From NCBI RefSeq assembly GCF_000143415.4, contig NW_003314330.1, positions 310,001-374,000 of the forward strand: 64,000 nucleotides of DNA, given 5' to 3'. This stretch comes from Selaginella moellendorffii. Taxonomy: Eukaryota; Plantae; Lycopodiophyta. Of the stretch, positions 1 to 13,129 are shown one piece after another. The notes below the pieces were generated by a model. That model was not told the origin of the DNA, did not search any database, and saw nothing but the letters and a program-made list of their open reading frames with translations. The position numbers and the translations under genes are program-made. Within the stretch, counting starts at the first letter, position 1; each line of letters starts with the position of its first letter.

Positions 1-906
1 CTCCACATGCCACTGTCGGTTTTTCTTCAGTTTCGCAAGTTTGCCACGCCAATCTTCTCCCATCCGCCTTGCAACCTCTTCGAACACCGCTTCCACTCCC
101 ACCAGCATGTCTTTGCGGCCGCAAAAGTAGATATGGCTGCCTCCATCCAGAAGCTTGAAGATCTCTTCTCCATGCTCCTCCATTCTGTCTTGCACGTAAA
201 ATCTCCCACCCCTCTTGTTGCAGCTTTCCCTGCTCAAAGCAGTGTCATATCTAAAGCTCCAAGGGAGATCTCTCGCATATCTCTCAAACTCTTCATTATA
301 TAGCAGTCTACCAGCTGTTGGAGCTCCCATGAAAAGCCAGGCCGATCCCTCAAACTTGCGAGGACGCATCTTGTCCTCGAGCAATCTCTGCAAGAATCCC
401 CGGAATGGAGCCACTCCCGTCCCAGTGGCAACCATGATATGAGAATCACTCGGGTTACTCTCATTCAATAGCATCAATTTCCCAAACGGACCAACGAGAT
501 CGACCTTGTCACCGGGCTTGCAATCGCACAAGAAGTTACTGCAAACGCCCTTCTTGCTCGGATCTTCCTCCCCGGTTTGAGGATCAACATAGATCGCTCT
601 CTTCACGCACAAGCTCGCGCTCCTCCCGCTGAGATCGTCGCCATACCTAGAAGAAGCAATGGAGTACAAATGGTATGGATGGCGTGTTCCTGGCCTCTTT
701 GAATTCTCGCCAGGGGGAAGAATTCCATAGCTCTGGCCTTCCCAGAATGGAACATTACCGCCGTGGTCAATGACGATGTGGGACACTTGACCGTCTCTAG
801 TCAGTCGCTGAATAGAGCTGACCGTGGCAGTGTATGGCAATTGCGATGTGTAGAGATGGAATGGTGGTTTGTTACCACGCTCCAGTAACTTTAGTAGCCG
901 AGACAT
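1..906 (-). CDS. RFNR: Root-type ferredoxin-NADP+ reductase-like protein; intronless, no transit peptide; ORF runs off the window's left edge
   Basis: Manual translation from ATG 906: MSRLLKLLERGNKPPFHLY...HIVIDHGGNVPFWEGQSYGILPPG...HLYSIASSRYGD...GVCSNFLCDCKPGD...MVATGTGVAPFRGF...ALSRE...YVQD...IYFCGRKDM...LKKNRQWHVE. In-frame stop at 919-921. Absent from the ORF track because its stop lies outside the window. Confidence 0.93.
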   Translation of the reverse strand, partial: MSRLLKLLERGNKPPFHLYTSQLPYTATVSSIQRLTRDGQVSHIVIDHGGNVPFWEGQSYGILPPGENSKRPGTRHPYHLYSIASSRYGDDLSGRSASLCVKRAIYVDPQTGEEDPSKKGVCSNFLCDCKPGDKVDLVGPFGKLMLLNESNPSDSHIMVATGTGVAPFRGFLQRLLEDKMRPRKFEGSAWLFMGAPTAGRLLYNEEFERYARDLPWSFRYDTALSRESCNKRGGRFYVQDRMEEHGEEIFKLLDGGSHIYFCGRKDMLVGVEAVFEEVARRMGEDWRGKLAKLKKNRQWHVE

Positions 907-1022
907 TGACCTAGAGTTTTAGACCTAGCTCTTATATTTTAAATCGTCCCGCTCAAAAGATAGGGTTTATCAAAAAGGGAAGGGAGAAAGGGGACGGGCG
1001 CTTCATTCTGCTAGGTCGAGTA

Positions 1023-1790
1023 TCGATTCCTGTAGATCTTCTCTGCTGCAGATCTTCTCTTTGCGATACTTCTCATCTCTGTGCTATATTTTGCTTTCTC
1101 GCAGCTGTGAGCAAGAGATTTCCTGTCAACGAGGTAGATTTCTTGATATCTCGACAGATCGCGAGCTTCTCTACAGATATTTCGGAGAGTTTTCATTCGT
1201 TTCTTGCAGATTTCCCCATCGCCGGTCGATCGCTCGCCATGTTTTCTCTCCATCGATACAGGTAATAAGCACAAGCTCTCCGAAATTTCTACACGTCCTA
1301 TGGCAGGAATCTCCTCAACAAGGTCAAGGTCCAGCGTCACAATGCGGGTATAGTAGATCCGAGTAACAATATTAAGCAGGAGATCTCATCTTGGAAGTGA
1401 TCGTCTCGTTTTAGCACTGGATCGCCAGAAGATCGAAGTGGCAACGACGATCGATGCTCAGCCACTCCAGAGGGCCGACGCTGAAACTGGTAAGTCGTGA
1501 GAATCCAACGCATGGTAATGCCGTCTAACTTGAAAAGTTTCTGTGACCAGATGCCGCCACCACTTACATGAAGTTCAAGAAGGACGTGATGGAAAATCTC
1601 GAGCTGCCGGACCTGGACAGCTATGGAGTGGACTTCGTGGAGCGTGTGTACAGTGAGTTCCTCCTGCGCGACAACGATCTCAACGAGCAGCAAAGGAAGC
1701 GCCTCTACGACGTTTGCTCTGCGTATCTGGGGAATGACAATTCATCGCCTTGGAGCGAGTAAACCAAGGTAAGTTTCTTTGATGAATATG
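1023..1790 (+). other. Unknown spliced gene or gene fragment (X); duplicated at about 20388-20875
   Basis: Short ORFs (1061-1366, 1568-1762) with GT/AG signals; recognisable degenerate copy at 20.4-20.9 kb (LDISTDRELLYRYFGE; FKKDVMENLEL). Confidence 0.35.
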
Positions 1791-2339
1791 CTCAAGAGTG
1801 ATTCACGCCAATGTTCTTTTAGTGGCAACACGGCATTTTTGTTCGACTAAGTCTTTCGGTTCAATTCGAAGTTCTCGTACTGACAGGTATTCATGCGTGT
1901 GTAGCACTGACTTTTTTTGGCGTGCTTTCACAGCGAAGACAAAGTTCTCAAGCTACCGTGAAAGGTAAATCCTCGGATTATCAAACAACTGACTAGCCAA
2001 CTTTTTCACAGAACCTATGCCTCGACTATCATCACTGCTTCATCGTCCGTAACATCACTTTGAGCGTCACCGCCTCTTGTTGTTTCGCTCGCTTCTCCTC
2101 CAGCCTTCTCTTCCTCGTCGGTTTCTTCCGAGCCATTCGATGGGTCGTTATCTTCTACCCCTGCTTCCGTCACTGAGAATGGATCGGCATTTCTCACCCA
2201 TCTTTGTACAGCATCGTGTTGTGAGCGTCAGCATAGCAAGCGTATTGAGACACATCACTGGCAATCGCAGAGCGCGCATAGTTCTCATTGCAAGCGTGTG
2301 GCCGAGCGTGTGGTGCTTGGGATACTTTGGCTTTCCAGG

Positions 2340-2600
2340 AGTATTGTCGAGCTGTGAGAGATAACACTGATCAGGCTGATAAATGGTAAGGCATTGACTT
2401 TCAAATTCTTGCTCTTCATTTCCTTGTATGCTCTCTCAGCCTGCGCAAAAATTTTGTTAACCAGCTTCGAAGTTCTCTTCCAGCAGGACGCGAGCTGTTG
2501 CAGAGGCTCCAATAAAAAAGGCGCAAGTGCTTGTATAAGCTTCGTTGAAGACTTTTAAAGCTGCCTTGAGCCTTCCACCCTTCCGAGGCACTTCAACAGA
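2340..2600 (-). pseudogene. PPR-like fragment
   Basis: GRLKAALKVFNE and AERAYKEMKSKNLKVNALPFISLIS resemble PPR repeat consensus but lie in different frames. Confidence 0.35.
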
Positions 2601-3287
2601 AGATAGAATGTGAACGAATTGGCCGAAAGACCAACCTTTGTATGCGACTGATATAATTCATGTTTCCCGTACAAGCACAGAAGCGCTCAAAACAAAAATC
2701 AACGCACATATATCTTAGAAGTGTTTTTTTTTTTTTGCTGTCGATGTTGCCTTGCCAGGAGCATTATAAGTTTTACCGTCAGGGAAGTTGCATTTCCTTG
2801 CTGTAATGCTTTCTCGAGATCAACACTTAAGCATGAACTATAACGAACGGATATCTACCTGCATCGTCTATACGAAGAACGTGTTGGCAACAAGAAATCG
2901 AAGTGTTGTAAGTTTGAATGCTTATTGGTTCCTTGGTTTGCTTCACTGTGAACGCAGGATCACACACAGACGGCAAGCAGCCATTCAAGGCAAGTACCTC
3001 GTAGATGGTAAGTGCTCGTTCTCCTTACAAGCGAGCATAAGAAATGAAAGAAAACACGAAGAACTATCTACATGGACCTTCGTTTGCACTCCGGCAGTCT
3101 TTGGTTCTTCCAATATCTTCAGACCGATTCAGCCTTCCTGATAGCTTCATTGAATTGCGTGATATTGTTCTGGAAGGAAGAAAACCAAGGCCTTAAGAGC
3201 GACAAGGAAGAGTCACTGAGCTCATACTGGAAGCAAAAGATTCTCACTCCTTTATGTAAAGTTAATTAGCAAATATTTAGCACTAAT

Positions 3288-3361
3288 GGTTTTGTGGTGT
3301 AGTTGGTCATCACATCAGTCTAACACATTGAAGGCCTCCAATTTGAAGCTGGATGAAACCA
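3288..3361 (+). pseudogene. tRNA-Val(AAC) pseudogene
   Basis: GGTTTTGTGGTGTAGTTGGTCATCACATCAGTCTAACACATTGAAGGCCTCCAATTTGAAGCTGGATGAAACCA is the plant tRNA-Val(AAC) sequence with several transitions; the T-loop/B-box GGTTCGAA reads AATTTGAA; T-rich tract follows. Confidence 0.8.
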
Positions 3362-4191
3362 TAAAAGTTTCTACTTTTATATTTATTTTTGTTGGCTATC
3401 AATTTTTATTTTTATTTTTTTTTCTTACTCCATACTTCACTTTTTCTATGCTTGCCATTTCAGCTTCAAAATGTGGAGGCACCTTTGTCAATGGCAGTGT
3501 TTCATACCACACAGATCCATCCCTTGACCACTGCTACTATATATAAACTATTGCCACCATAAGCACAATCACGGTAGGAATCATTCAATCTGCAATCCTT
3601 GGCCTTGTAAACATCGATTGGGCAGTGGAATTGTGATTGCATTGTGAGGGAGTGTTAAGCACCAGTTTTGACCACGTGGTCAACGTGGGTCAAAGTGAAA
3701 TTCAAGGGTATATCAAAGCATGTTAGGGTAAGGAAAAAAACTTTAGAGCTTTTGAGGGTGAGGAACTTTAAAAAGAGGTGTAGTATAATTTAGGGAGACT
3801 AGATTTTATCTTTTAATGCTGGATCTTAACATTAGTATCAAAGGAAGTTAGTTGCAATGGGAATCTTATTATTCATAGTGGTGCCAATGATAATATCGAT
3901 AGAACTGCAAAAGTTTAGATTATTCAAGATGTTATTCATAAGTTCCCGAGTTCTTAATCAAAGTCAATAAACTTGTGATTCAACTTGTTACAACACTCGA
4001 TACAATCCCTTCCACTAAGCAAAAGCCCTTTATACAAATTATATACCATATGATTGAAAAAATGAACTAACACCAAATCATCCACTTTGTATTTTATATA
4101 TAGATAATGATAGGAATTGTATTGTCATTATTGTCCCACTTGTATTCAGCCTAAGTGTTTAGTAGGCTCCACAATTAGTCCACTTGTACAC

Positions 4192-5468
4192 TATTATAAA
4201 TATGACTACAGGGTAACGAAAGTTATTTATCAATAAGTCCTTTTAGATGTCCTTTCTTTACTGCCACGACAGCAGGAAGTTGGTATTGCTAGATTATTTT
4301 TCAATCTCCACTCAAGCTAGTTGAGAAATTGGTCATCATGTTTGTACTTATGCCGAATAAACATAAGGTAGGAACTTATATGTGTTTCTTACTAAATATA
4401 CTCAACCCAATACAAAAAACTCATATATTAACTTTATAAACAACTAAAGAGAATAACTTGAGAGATGACCCATATAAATTCAAATATAAAGGGAGAAGGC
4501 TTATGAATAAGAGTGCATCTCTTTTTTCAATCGGTTAAAGGTTTTAGGATATTTGGGGTTGGATGCTACCAACTAGTATAGTACAAAATTTAGGCTTAAA
4601 TTTAAGCCAAATGTAAAATAAGGACAAATATACAAACAAGAGATAGACTATGCCTTAAGTTGGTCAACCACACCTAACCTACTTAGTATCCTTATTATAT
4701 ATTTAGAACCCCCCCACCCAAAAGAATGCCTATTTGGGTTTTTACCCTTAGTACCAAGAGTTAGTCTTTGAGACAAACTTGAAACTTATTAAATATCAAA
4801 TTATGCTAAATTGTGAATTTGGATATGAGACTAATACCATTATGTTCAGGATAATCTCTACATTCCATAGATATGCTCAATTAATAAATTTAGACACTTT
4901 CCATAAATAGCTAATGGGACTAGAATGGAACCAACACAAAGGGCATGATAGCAAAAGTGTTTTGGTAGACATGGTAAATTATCACCTAGCAATTGTTGAG
5001 GGACTAAACTCAATACCATAAGGGTTCCTAACACTAACAAATGCAAGTTTATAAATTTTTGAATTTGGACTTTCTAGGATGAGTACCTATATCTTCGCGT
5101 TATGCCATTGGTATGCTGAAATAATGCTAGGCTCTATTTGGCACCATTTTGCATGCTAATTCTGGCATTGAGATGCTAGATGCTCTAGAATTATTTCAAC
5201 ATCATTCTCTACTCTTTTTCTTTCACTTTTTGGGTTGAACGCTCAAAAGTCACTTTGTGCTTCAATTTCTTCACTCTTTAGTTGCAAGTTTGAGAGTTTA
5301 GCTCTATTCCTTCATTCAGTAGCCTAAGGCCTTGAAATTTGGGTTTCACTCTATTGTTCTTGGACATATGGCATGTGATAGGTGGCACATGGAAGGTTTA
5401 GGTTCTACTTCGTGGTTGTTCTATGGTAATTCACCATAAGATAAAGGGTGAAAGCCATATACACTACA
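4192..5468 (+). mobile_element. Degenerate solo LTR (family A) with internal inversion
   Basis: Start (TATTATAAATATGAC, cf. TGTCGCGAATGTGAC) and end (...CACTACA) match LTR 7037-8152. Flanked by TACAC/TACAA, a near-TSD. About 4561-5048 is the reverse complement of the LTR middle. Confidence 0.7.
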
Positions 5469-5482
5469 TACAAAGCTCAAGT

Positions 5483-6150
5483 GTTTTTTAGATTGCTCAA
5501 ACCAGTGGAATAATACTTATCAAATATTGATCTCAAGATCTAGTATGCAACCATGATTTAACTTTGTTAACAATATCAGCTCATGGCAATATAAAAGTTT
5601 ATATAGTGAAACACTGACAAAACTTTGTACCCTTATAATATATGCATACCAAATAGATAGCAAATAACCATCTTAATTCGAATGTTAAAAATGAAGGAAT
5701 AGAGCTAAACTCTCAAGTTTGCAACCAGAGAGTGAAGAAACTAAATCATAGAGCGACTTTTGAGCGTTAACCCAAGGAGCAAAGGAACAAGAACATAGAA
5801 TGATGTTGGAATAATCCTAGAGCATCCAGCATCTCAATGCTAAAACTAGTATGCAAAATGGTGCCAAACGGAGCCTAACACTATTTCAGTATATCAATGG
5901 CATAATGTGAAGATATAGGTACTTTACCAGCTAGTATAGTACTTTTTAGACTACTCAAACCAGTGGAAGAATGCTTATCAAATACTGATATCAAGACCTA
6001 ATATGCAATAGTGATTTAACTTCGTTAACAATATTAGATCATGGCAATATAAGAGTTTATATAGTGAAGCATTGACAAAACCTTGTACCCTTATAACATA
6101 TGCATACCAAATAGATAGCAAATAACCATCTTAATTCGAATGTTAAAGAT
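5483..6150. repeat. Direct duplication of about 205 bp (5483-5690 and 5943-6150) flanking an inverted LTR-A fragment (about 5692-5942)
   Basis: Both copies read tttttaga..ctcaaaccagtggaa...ccatcttaattcgaatgttaaa; the middle segment is the reverse complement of about 5080-5315. Confidence 0.8.
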
Positions 6151-7036
6151 TTATATACTTTACAAATTTAAAGGTCCAAACAAACTGTTGCACTAAACCA
6201 TCTGTCTATGGATAATAAGCTATTGTGAAAGTGTGGCATATCCCCAATTGAGACATTAAAAAACAAAACACCTTATCTATATATGCAAGACTATTATTTA
6301 AGAGAATCCGCTCTGGACAAAAATGTTAGAACATCACCTGATTGAGGAGAAAGTATCTAATAGTAATTGCATACATACTAATAAGAGTACTAACTTCCAC
6401 CTAACGAGTCAAATAGTCAAAAGCAATAATAACATATTCATTACTAACAATTAACCATGGAAACAACCCCATGAAATAAAATGCCACAAACTCAAATAAA
6501 CAAGAAGCTGCAATTTAATCTAATTATCTTTCTGTAATATGAGGGTGAGTATTGTGAGCTTGGCATTAAACATAGCTATACAAATATTGGATAACATTAT
6601 ATCACATCTTCGGCCAATAGAAAGATCTATGCAATTTCTCAATCACACAACAATGTCCTATATAACCACTTAAAATAGGAGAATTATGATAGATATAGGG
6701 AAAGCATGGAATAGGCACCATTAGTCGTAAATGGTCATTAAGATCAATCCCTAAAAAATAAATAAAGTCATCCTCAATGCAATATTAAGAATGTAAATTC
6801 CAAAACAATACGTTATCAGTAAATGATGAAACAACATTCAGATTTAGGGCTTAACCATTTGAGATTTACAAACCTCATTAAGAAAAGGTAAATTTTACTA
6901 TGCATTTTATGGACACTAAACATTAAGTATATTAACTACAAATGGTATGGAATCTTCACTTAAAAAATCCAAAGATTTTAGAATAACAAATTCATTAAAA
7001 ATAGGAAAAGGGAAAATAGTTTAAGAAAAGGCCTTA

Positions 7037-8152
7037 TGTCGCGAATGTGACTTCGGGTATCAAAAGTTATCTGTCGCCTAGTCCTTATGGACACTCTTAC
7101 CTTACTACCACGATGGTAGGAGGTTGGTATTGCTGGTTCCCTTTATTAGCCCCTTTTGTTCAAGTGTTAGTAAATTAGACTTTGCATCTGTACTTGGTCG
7201 GATGAGCATAAGGAAGGAATTCCTAAGTGTCTATTTAGCTGAGCATCTTTTGCTCTATCTTGCACTGGCTTGACAAAAACCCTTGCGTATTGAGATTAAT
7301 CCCTCAATATTGCTATATGATAGCTTACCGTGTCTCCTTGCTATCATGCCCTTTGTGTTAGTCTCAATTCGGTCCTAAATGCTATTTATGGAAAATGTCC
7401 AGATTTGCTTATTTGGCACATCTACGGAATGTAGAGATTGTCCTGAACACAATGGTGTTCGTCCTGTGTCCAAATTTGCAATCTAAGGACATTCCATATT
7501 TAGTAAGTTTCAAGCTTGTCCTAGAGACTAACTCCTGATACTAAGGGAGGCTTGCGGTGAAAACCCAAAGCATGTGTTTCTTAAGGGTGGGGGGGGGGGG
7601 TGCGGGGTGGCTGTGGGGGGTTCCAAATGTATAGTAGGGATAGTGGGTAGGTTGGGCATGGCTGACCAACCTGAAGCATAGTCTAGCTCCCGTTTGTGTG
7701 CCTGTCTTCTTGGGTCTAAGCCTAAGTTCCATTCCATGCTAGCTGGTGGAGTACCCATGTCCTTGCATTAGGCCACTAGTATGCCGAAATAACACTAGAC
7801 TTTGTTTGGCTCCATTTTGCGTGCTGGTCCTGGCATTGGGATGTTAGTTACTTTAGGACTAATCCAAGTCACTCCGGGCTCCTGTCCCTTCACTCTTTGG
7901 GCTGTATGTTCGAGAGTTGCTCCATAGTCCAATTCCGTCACTCCTTGGCTCCATGCTTGGGAGTTTGGCACTGTTCCTTCGTTTAGTGGCCCAAGGCCTT
8001 GAACCTCGGGTTCCACACCATATTCCTTTGGACACGTGGCATGTGACACGTGGCATCTGTCACGTGGCACAAAGAGGGTTTAGGTTCCACTTAGTGGTGT
8101 TATCCTATGGTAAATCACTATAGGATAAAGGGTCAAAACCACGTGCACTACA
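7037..8152 (+). repeat. 5' LTR, family A
   Basis: Direct repeat of 13130-14113; TG...CA ends. Confidence 0.9.
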
Positions 8153-11100
8153 TTTGGTATCAGAGAATGAGTCTTGGCAAGTACTATCCAATGAGATTGG
8201 GCAACTAGTCTCGTTGCATACACAAAGATGAAAACAATTATCCGAGTGGGTACACGTTTGGGTGCAAAGGCTTCGCAATTGGTTCCTTGGGTATGGATAT
8301 TGTTACCTTGTTGTACCTTATGATGTGAGTTTGCTCTTGGGCTCATAGGATGGATTTGAGGTGTTCTGTTCACACGAGTTTGTGCTTGGGCTCGTGAGTG
8401 AGGCTCATTAGCAACTCAAGGTTACACTTTGAGTTGGCAGGATTAATGTTAGCCTATTGGTGGTTCCATGAGTTGTTCCTTGTACCGTGGGTGAAAGCAA
8501 ACCTCCCTGGGTTTGCTATGAGTGGCAAATAGACTGGTCCATAGCTATTTAGCACAGCACTAGTGGATCCTTCCTAGGCATGATTATAAGTGGATCAATC
8601 AAGACTATAGGGATTAGTCTATTAGTTCAAGTAAACATTGCCGTGCTCTCTCATAAACTTTTCTTGAATTGGACTGAAGGCAGTGCGAAAGCAAGCTTGA
8701 GGTTTAGTCAAAGATGAGACCGAAAAGAGAGTCGTTAGGGACGAAGGATCAAACATGTAAATCATCTTCTCTTTTGGAGAGGTGGTTTGCAACGAAGGGT
8801 GACTCATTACTCGTATTCACATCATGCAATCAAGAGTCCCTATCTTGATGTATGTTGGAAATGATGGTCTTACAATGGTGAGTTGTGGAATGGATAGTAG
8901 TGAAGCGCTATACTATTTTGTCTAGGTTTGTTATTGAAAGACTTGGGTTGCAATGCTCAATTCTTTTCTGGGAAACCTTGCTATTGCTCCTTGAGTGGCT
9001 TGGTGTTGGATTAGTGTTGAGTTTGGTCGGATAGAGAGTAACATGAGCTTGTCCATGTTGTGAACAAAAGTTAGTGGTGTTCAATGATGTAAGTCTCTAT
9101 CGGTGGAGTGTGGCATTTATGTTACATTTTGTCGAATTGAGTTGGCACTTGATACTCACATAAACCTTTGTAGTAATGACATTGGCATTGCTCGTGGTGT
9201 TGCTTAATTGATGATCAAGTCATTGTGATTTTGTATCATATCCATGTGATAATGAGGAATGTGTTTACAAAGTTGCTTGGTCAAATGATGATCAACCCCA
9301 AAGTGGTTGATGGTGAAGCTAGTCTACTTACACAAAGTAGCATTGTAGTAGCTTTGACTGGATTCTCGATAGTGGTCCATTATGCTAAGCTTAAGTTCGT
9401 TCCTTAGTTCCTTGAGTTTGCCCATTGAGGTGTTGGAAAAGGGTTGTAGCATTCATTTGCTATGGCTTGTTGGTTTATTTGTTAGCACTTGGAGTAGATT
9501 ATTGGATGGAAAAGGTGTGTAATTAAGGCATTGATATTGCTAGTACTTGTGTTAGTGGAAGTGGCATTGTTGATTTGAGTGATGAGGAATTTTCCTTAGA
9601 GCTTGATTTTCTATGTCATTTTTATTGTTAATGTTTTGGCTTCATATTGGATTTTTGAAGGTGATTGAAGAAGAGTGTTAGTGCAATATGGATATCCAAA
9701 GATGTGGTCTTCGTGATCAAGCTTTAGATATTCACTTTGCATTTTTGCGGATGTCGGAGTTGGATATCGGAAGTATAGACAAAAATATGTTCGAGGCTTA
9801 AGCATATTATGGGTCATGAAAATTTGTGTTGAGGTGAACCTATGTGAAGTTGTTAGTAGAAGGAAGTTGGTTGAGTCTTGGAAGTTTGTATTCCTAGACT
9901 GAGAGTCATTCTTTCTCTAGGATTAGAAATTTTTCCACAAATTTTCTTAGACTTTTCCAATGGCTGATTTGTTGATCACTTTGTCCGAAAAATATTCCGT
10001 TTTCATAAGTTAGTACAAACTAGTGAAGGGGTTAAAGTTAACTTCGGTTGGCTTAGACCTTAGTAGGTAGTTTGTATGATGCGGCCCGAACAGGATATTG
10101 ATTTTTGGGGCTAAGGCAATCAAGTTGGATAGAGTTTGGAGTTGGTGTAGAAAAGTGGCCATTACACTTTTCTAGAAAGGTGACCCTTGTGCCTTTCTTT
10201 TGTAGCATTGTGCTAGGTGGTAGGTTGCACCTTGCATTTTGTTAAGACTCTATGAGAGTAGTGAGCTCTCATTGATCTTGACTTGGTCTTGATGGCCCTA
10301 CACCTTAGCTGAGGATAGTGATGTCCAACTTAGTTGTTTGAAGTTGAGATGTTGGTACCCGTACTATAGCTTTGTCTATGTGGAGGTTGTGTACTGATAT
10401 GAGTCCATCTCATGGTCTTCACTTTAGTTTCGACTAAGTGTTGATCATGCATAGCTAGCCTTTTCAAGGCATGCTCAGAGCTATTGACTAAATGTGTTAG
10501 TGAGCTTATCACGGTTGAGTTGGATTCGAGTGGTCATTTGGTTTGTGCTTGTCTATGAACTTTTATCTCATACCAGAGGTATCACGTTCATGTTGGACAA
10601 GTGTATGACTCGATGACGTGAGTTTAGTGTTTGGGTCTCATGAAAGCAAGTTGAAAAAGTGATGGTTAGTTGCTTTGCGACTAATGATTGCTTGTAAACT
10701 TCGTCGAGAACTGTTTGACACTTGCTTCGCTTGATGAAGATTTAGCAGTGATAGGCTTATTTTATCGGATGGTGTTGTGGAGGATTGTATTGTTAAACTT
10801 TCATGGGTTTTCCATGTTGGTATGTTGACTCTACTTTTGTTGATATCATCTAAATACGTTTAATCTGTAGTGTTGGATTTCATGGAGTCTTGGATGTGGT
10901 GATTCACTCCTTGAAGAAGTGTTATCTATAACTAAGTTTTGCTGAAGAATTGGTCTTGGATACTGAGTAAAGTATCTTCGACCTTGGTTAGCTTAGTTGT
11001 TAAAGAGTTTTGAGTGGTGATTCACTCTTGCTTTCTTCTAGCTTTGTTATGGTGTTGATGGCATTGAAGTGATGACTTGTCATTGATATTATTAATGTTG

Positions 11101-13129
11101 AGATTCAAGTGAGATGAGATGTTTATCCTTAGGATTGATATTGAGTTTCATTAGTTTTGATAGAGATAGTGTTGATGATTTGGTTGTAACTTTGTGTTAT
11201 TAACATTCGCGCATTGTTAGTTAGCAATTGTTTTGACGTTCAAATAAACTAAATGGCAAGTTCAGTTAGTTGTGTTCTAGACAAGATTGTTTAGTAGAGG
11301 ATGAGTTTTAACTTTTCCTTGAAAAGTGATTTAATCGTGGACAACACTAACTTTACGAGATGAAGAGTTAGTGATTGATATTGAAATGTTTGAATCCTTA
11401 TTGGATTTGAGTTGGGATATATCAATCATTGATGATCCTTCTTGTGCTTGTTATGAAGTGAGTTATGTCTTGCTATAGATGGATTCATGGAGGATCATTT
11501 GGTGATCACTTGTTGAGCATGGTTTTATTATGCTTAGCTTTTGGATTGATACAGACACGCTCTTCATTAGCTTTAGCATTATGAAGTCTGGCTTATGGAT
11601 GTGTTGAGGGAGATATTGTGGGTTGCACCATGATTTCTTCTTTGATATTGAAGTTAGTTCATGCAAGGCTTGTGATCATTATTAGGCAAGACTTGGTTAT
11701 AGGCTTCTTCGAGCTTTTGGTTCTTTGATTTTTATGCTCATTGTTTTATTTGTTAGGAGTTGTTAAGGAAGGCATTTTGGCTTGTTAACTTTGATATTAA
11801 AGTTGGCTTTTGCATCTAGCAATCATTGGTGATGATTGACTATCATCTAGGATAGTTGATTATCCTTGTCAAAAGGTTTTGCTTGATTGTTGTTGATATA
11901 GAATGATTTGCCATTCTTCGAGATGGTGGATTCCTTCTTCGACAATGATTTTGCATATCTGTTTTTGATGGGATGATTGATGATTTTCCATGATAGTTAA
12001 TTATTCTCTTTGATGGTTTTTGGCTTTTCGCAATACCACATGTTCTTTATGGTTTGCTCTGGATTGGTCTCTTGGGTTGGAGACATCGAAAGGATGTTGC
12101 CGATGCTTGCTTGAGCAACTCTAGTTCCTTTGTATTGTTGACAAGGATCTATTCAGATTAACTCGTGCAATGGTTGGCATGAATGCTATGTTTATTAGTC
12201 TTGCAATATTTATTCTGTTATGTTGATCATTGTTTGTGTTAGTTCTGATAGATTAGGATGTTATTTCCTTTGGGTGATACATTCACGAGCATTTTGCTTG
12301 CCAATCGATGATACTTTGTGTTCTTTGAGTTATCTTTCGTAAGTTGTTTGGCATACTGTCTGCAATCTTCGGTAGTTAAGTTTTATCATTGAGTTTCCTT
12401 GATGATATACTTGTTATTGAATTTTTTTGGATGGTGATTCCTATGTTTACCACTTATGATGATCTTGGTGGTTCCTATACTTTACTACTAGTTTATCGAA
12501 TGATAACTTACTTGGAATACTTTTGTGTTCTAATCTAAGATATATTCACTGATAATTAAGACTCTAAGATATCATTGTCTATGACATTGATATTGTCCAT
12601 CTATTAATGTTTGAACTTGGGCCAGTATATGCAGATTGGCTTCGACACTTTGTATGCATGTTGAAATCTTTAGTCATGGGGTAGCTACTGTCAACTGGTC
12701 ACATAACCCGCCTCTTTGTTAATGTTCCTTATTCTGTTAAAGGGCGTGACCGTGTAAACAACTCTAACTGCTTGTTTACAGTAGTCTATCTAAACCTTAC
12801 TGATGGGTTTGGTTTCTTTGCTCAAGCCTCTAGCTTCTCTCTCTATGTCCCTACAGGCAGGGGCATATCACACTTTTGTAGCTGGGTGACACCCAGAGCA
12901 GCAAGGGTGGCTGACTCCGTTGGTCATTTCCTTGTCAGTGATGGCCAGAAGGTGTCTGAGTTGGTAGCGCATCCGCGTTAGACAAAGAGATTACCCCTAA
13001 CTCATTTAAGTTGGTGCATTTTTCATATAGTGTGAGTACTGTGAACTTTTTCTGGAGTTGTTTCCTTGGCGGTATTTTAGACTCGAGTATGCATCGACGA
13101 GGATGTTGATTTTCCCTAGGGGGGGAGAG

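Noticed and set aside
7795-8123. ORFs repeated at 13729-14084
   Set aside because: Repeated only because they lie in the two LTRs.
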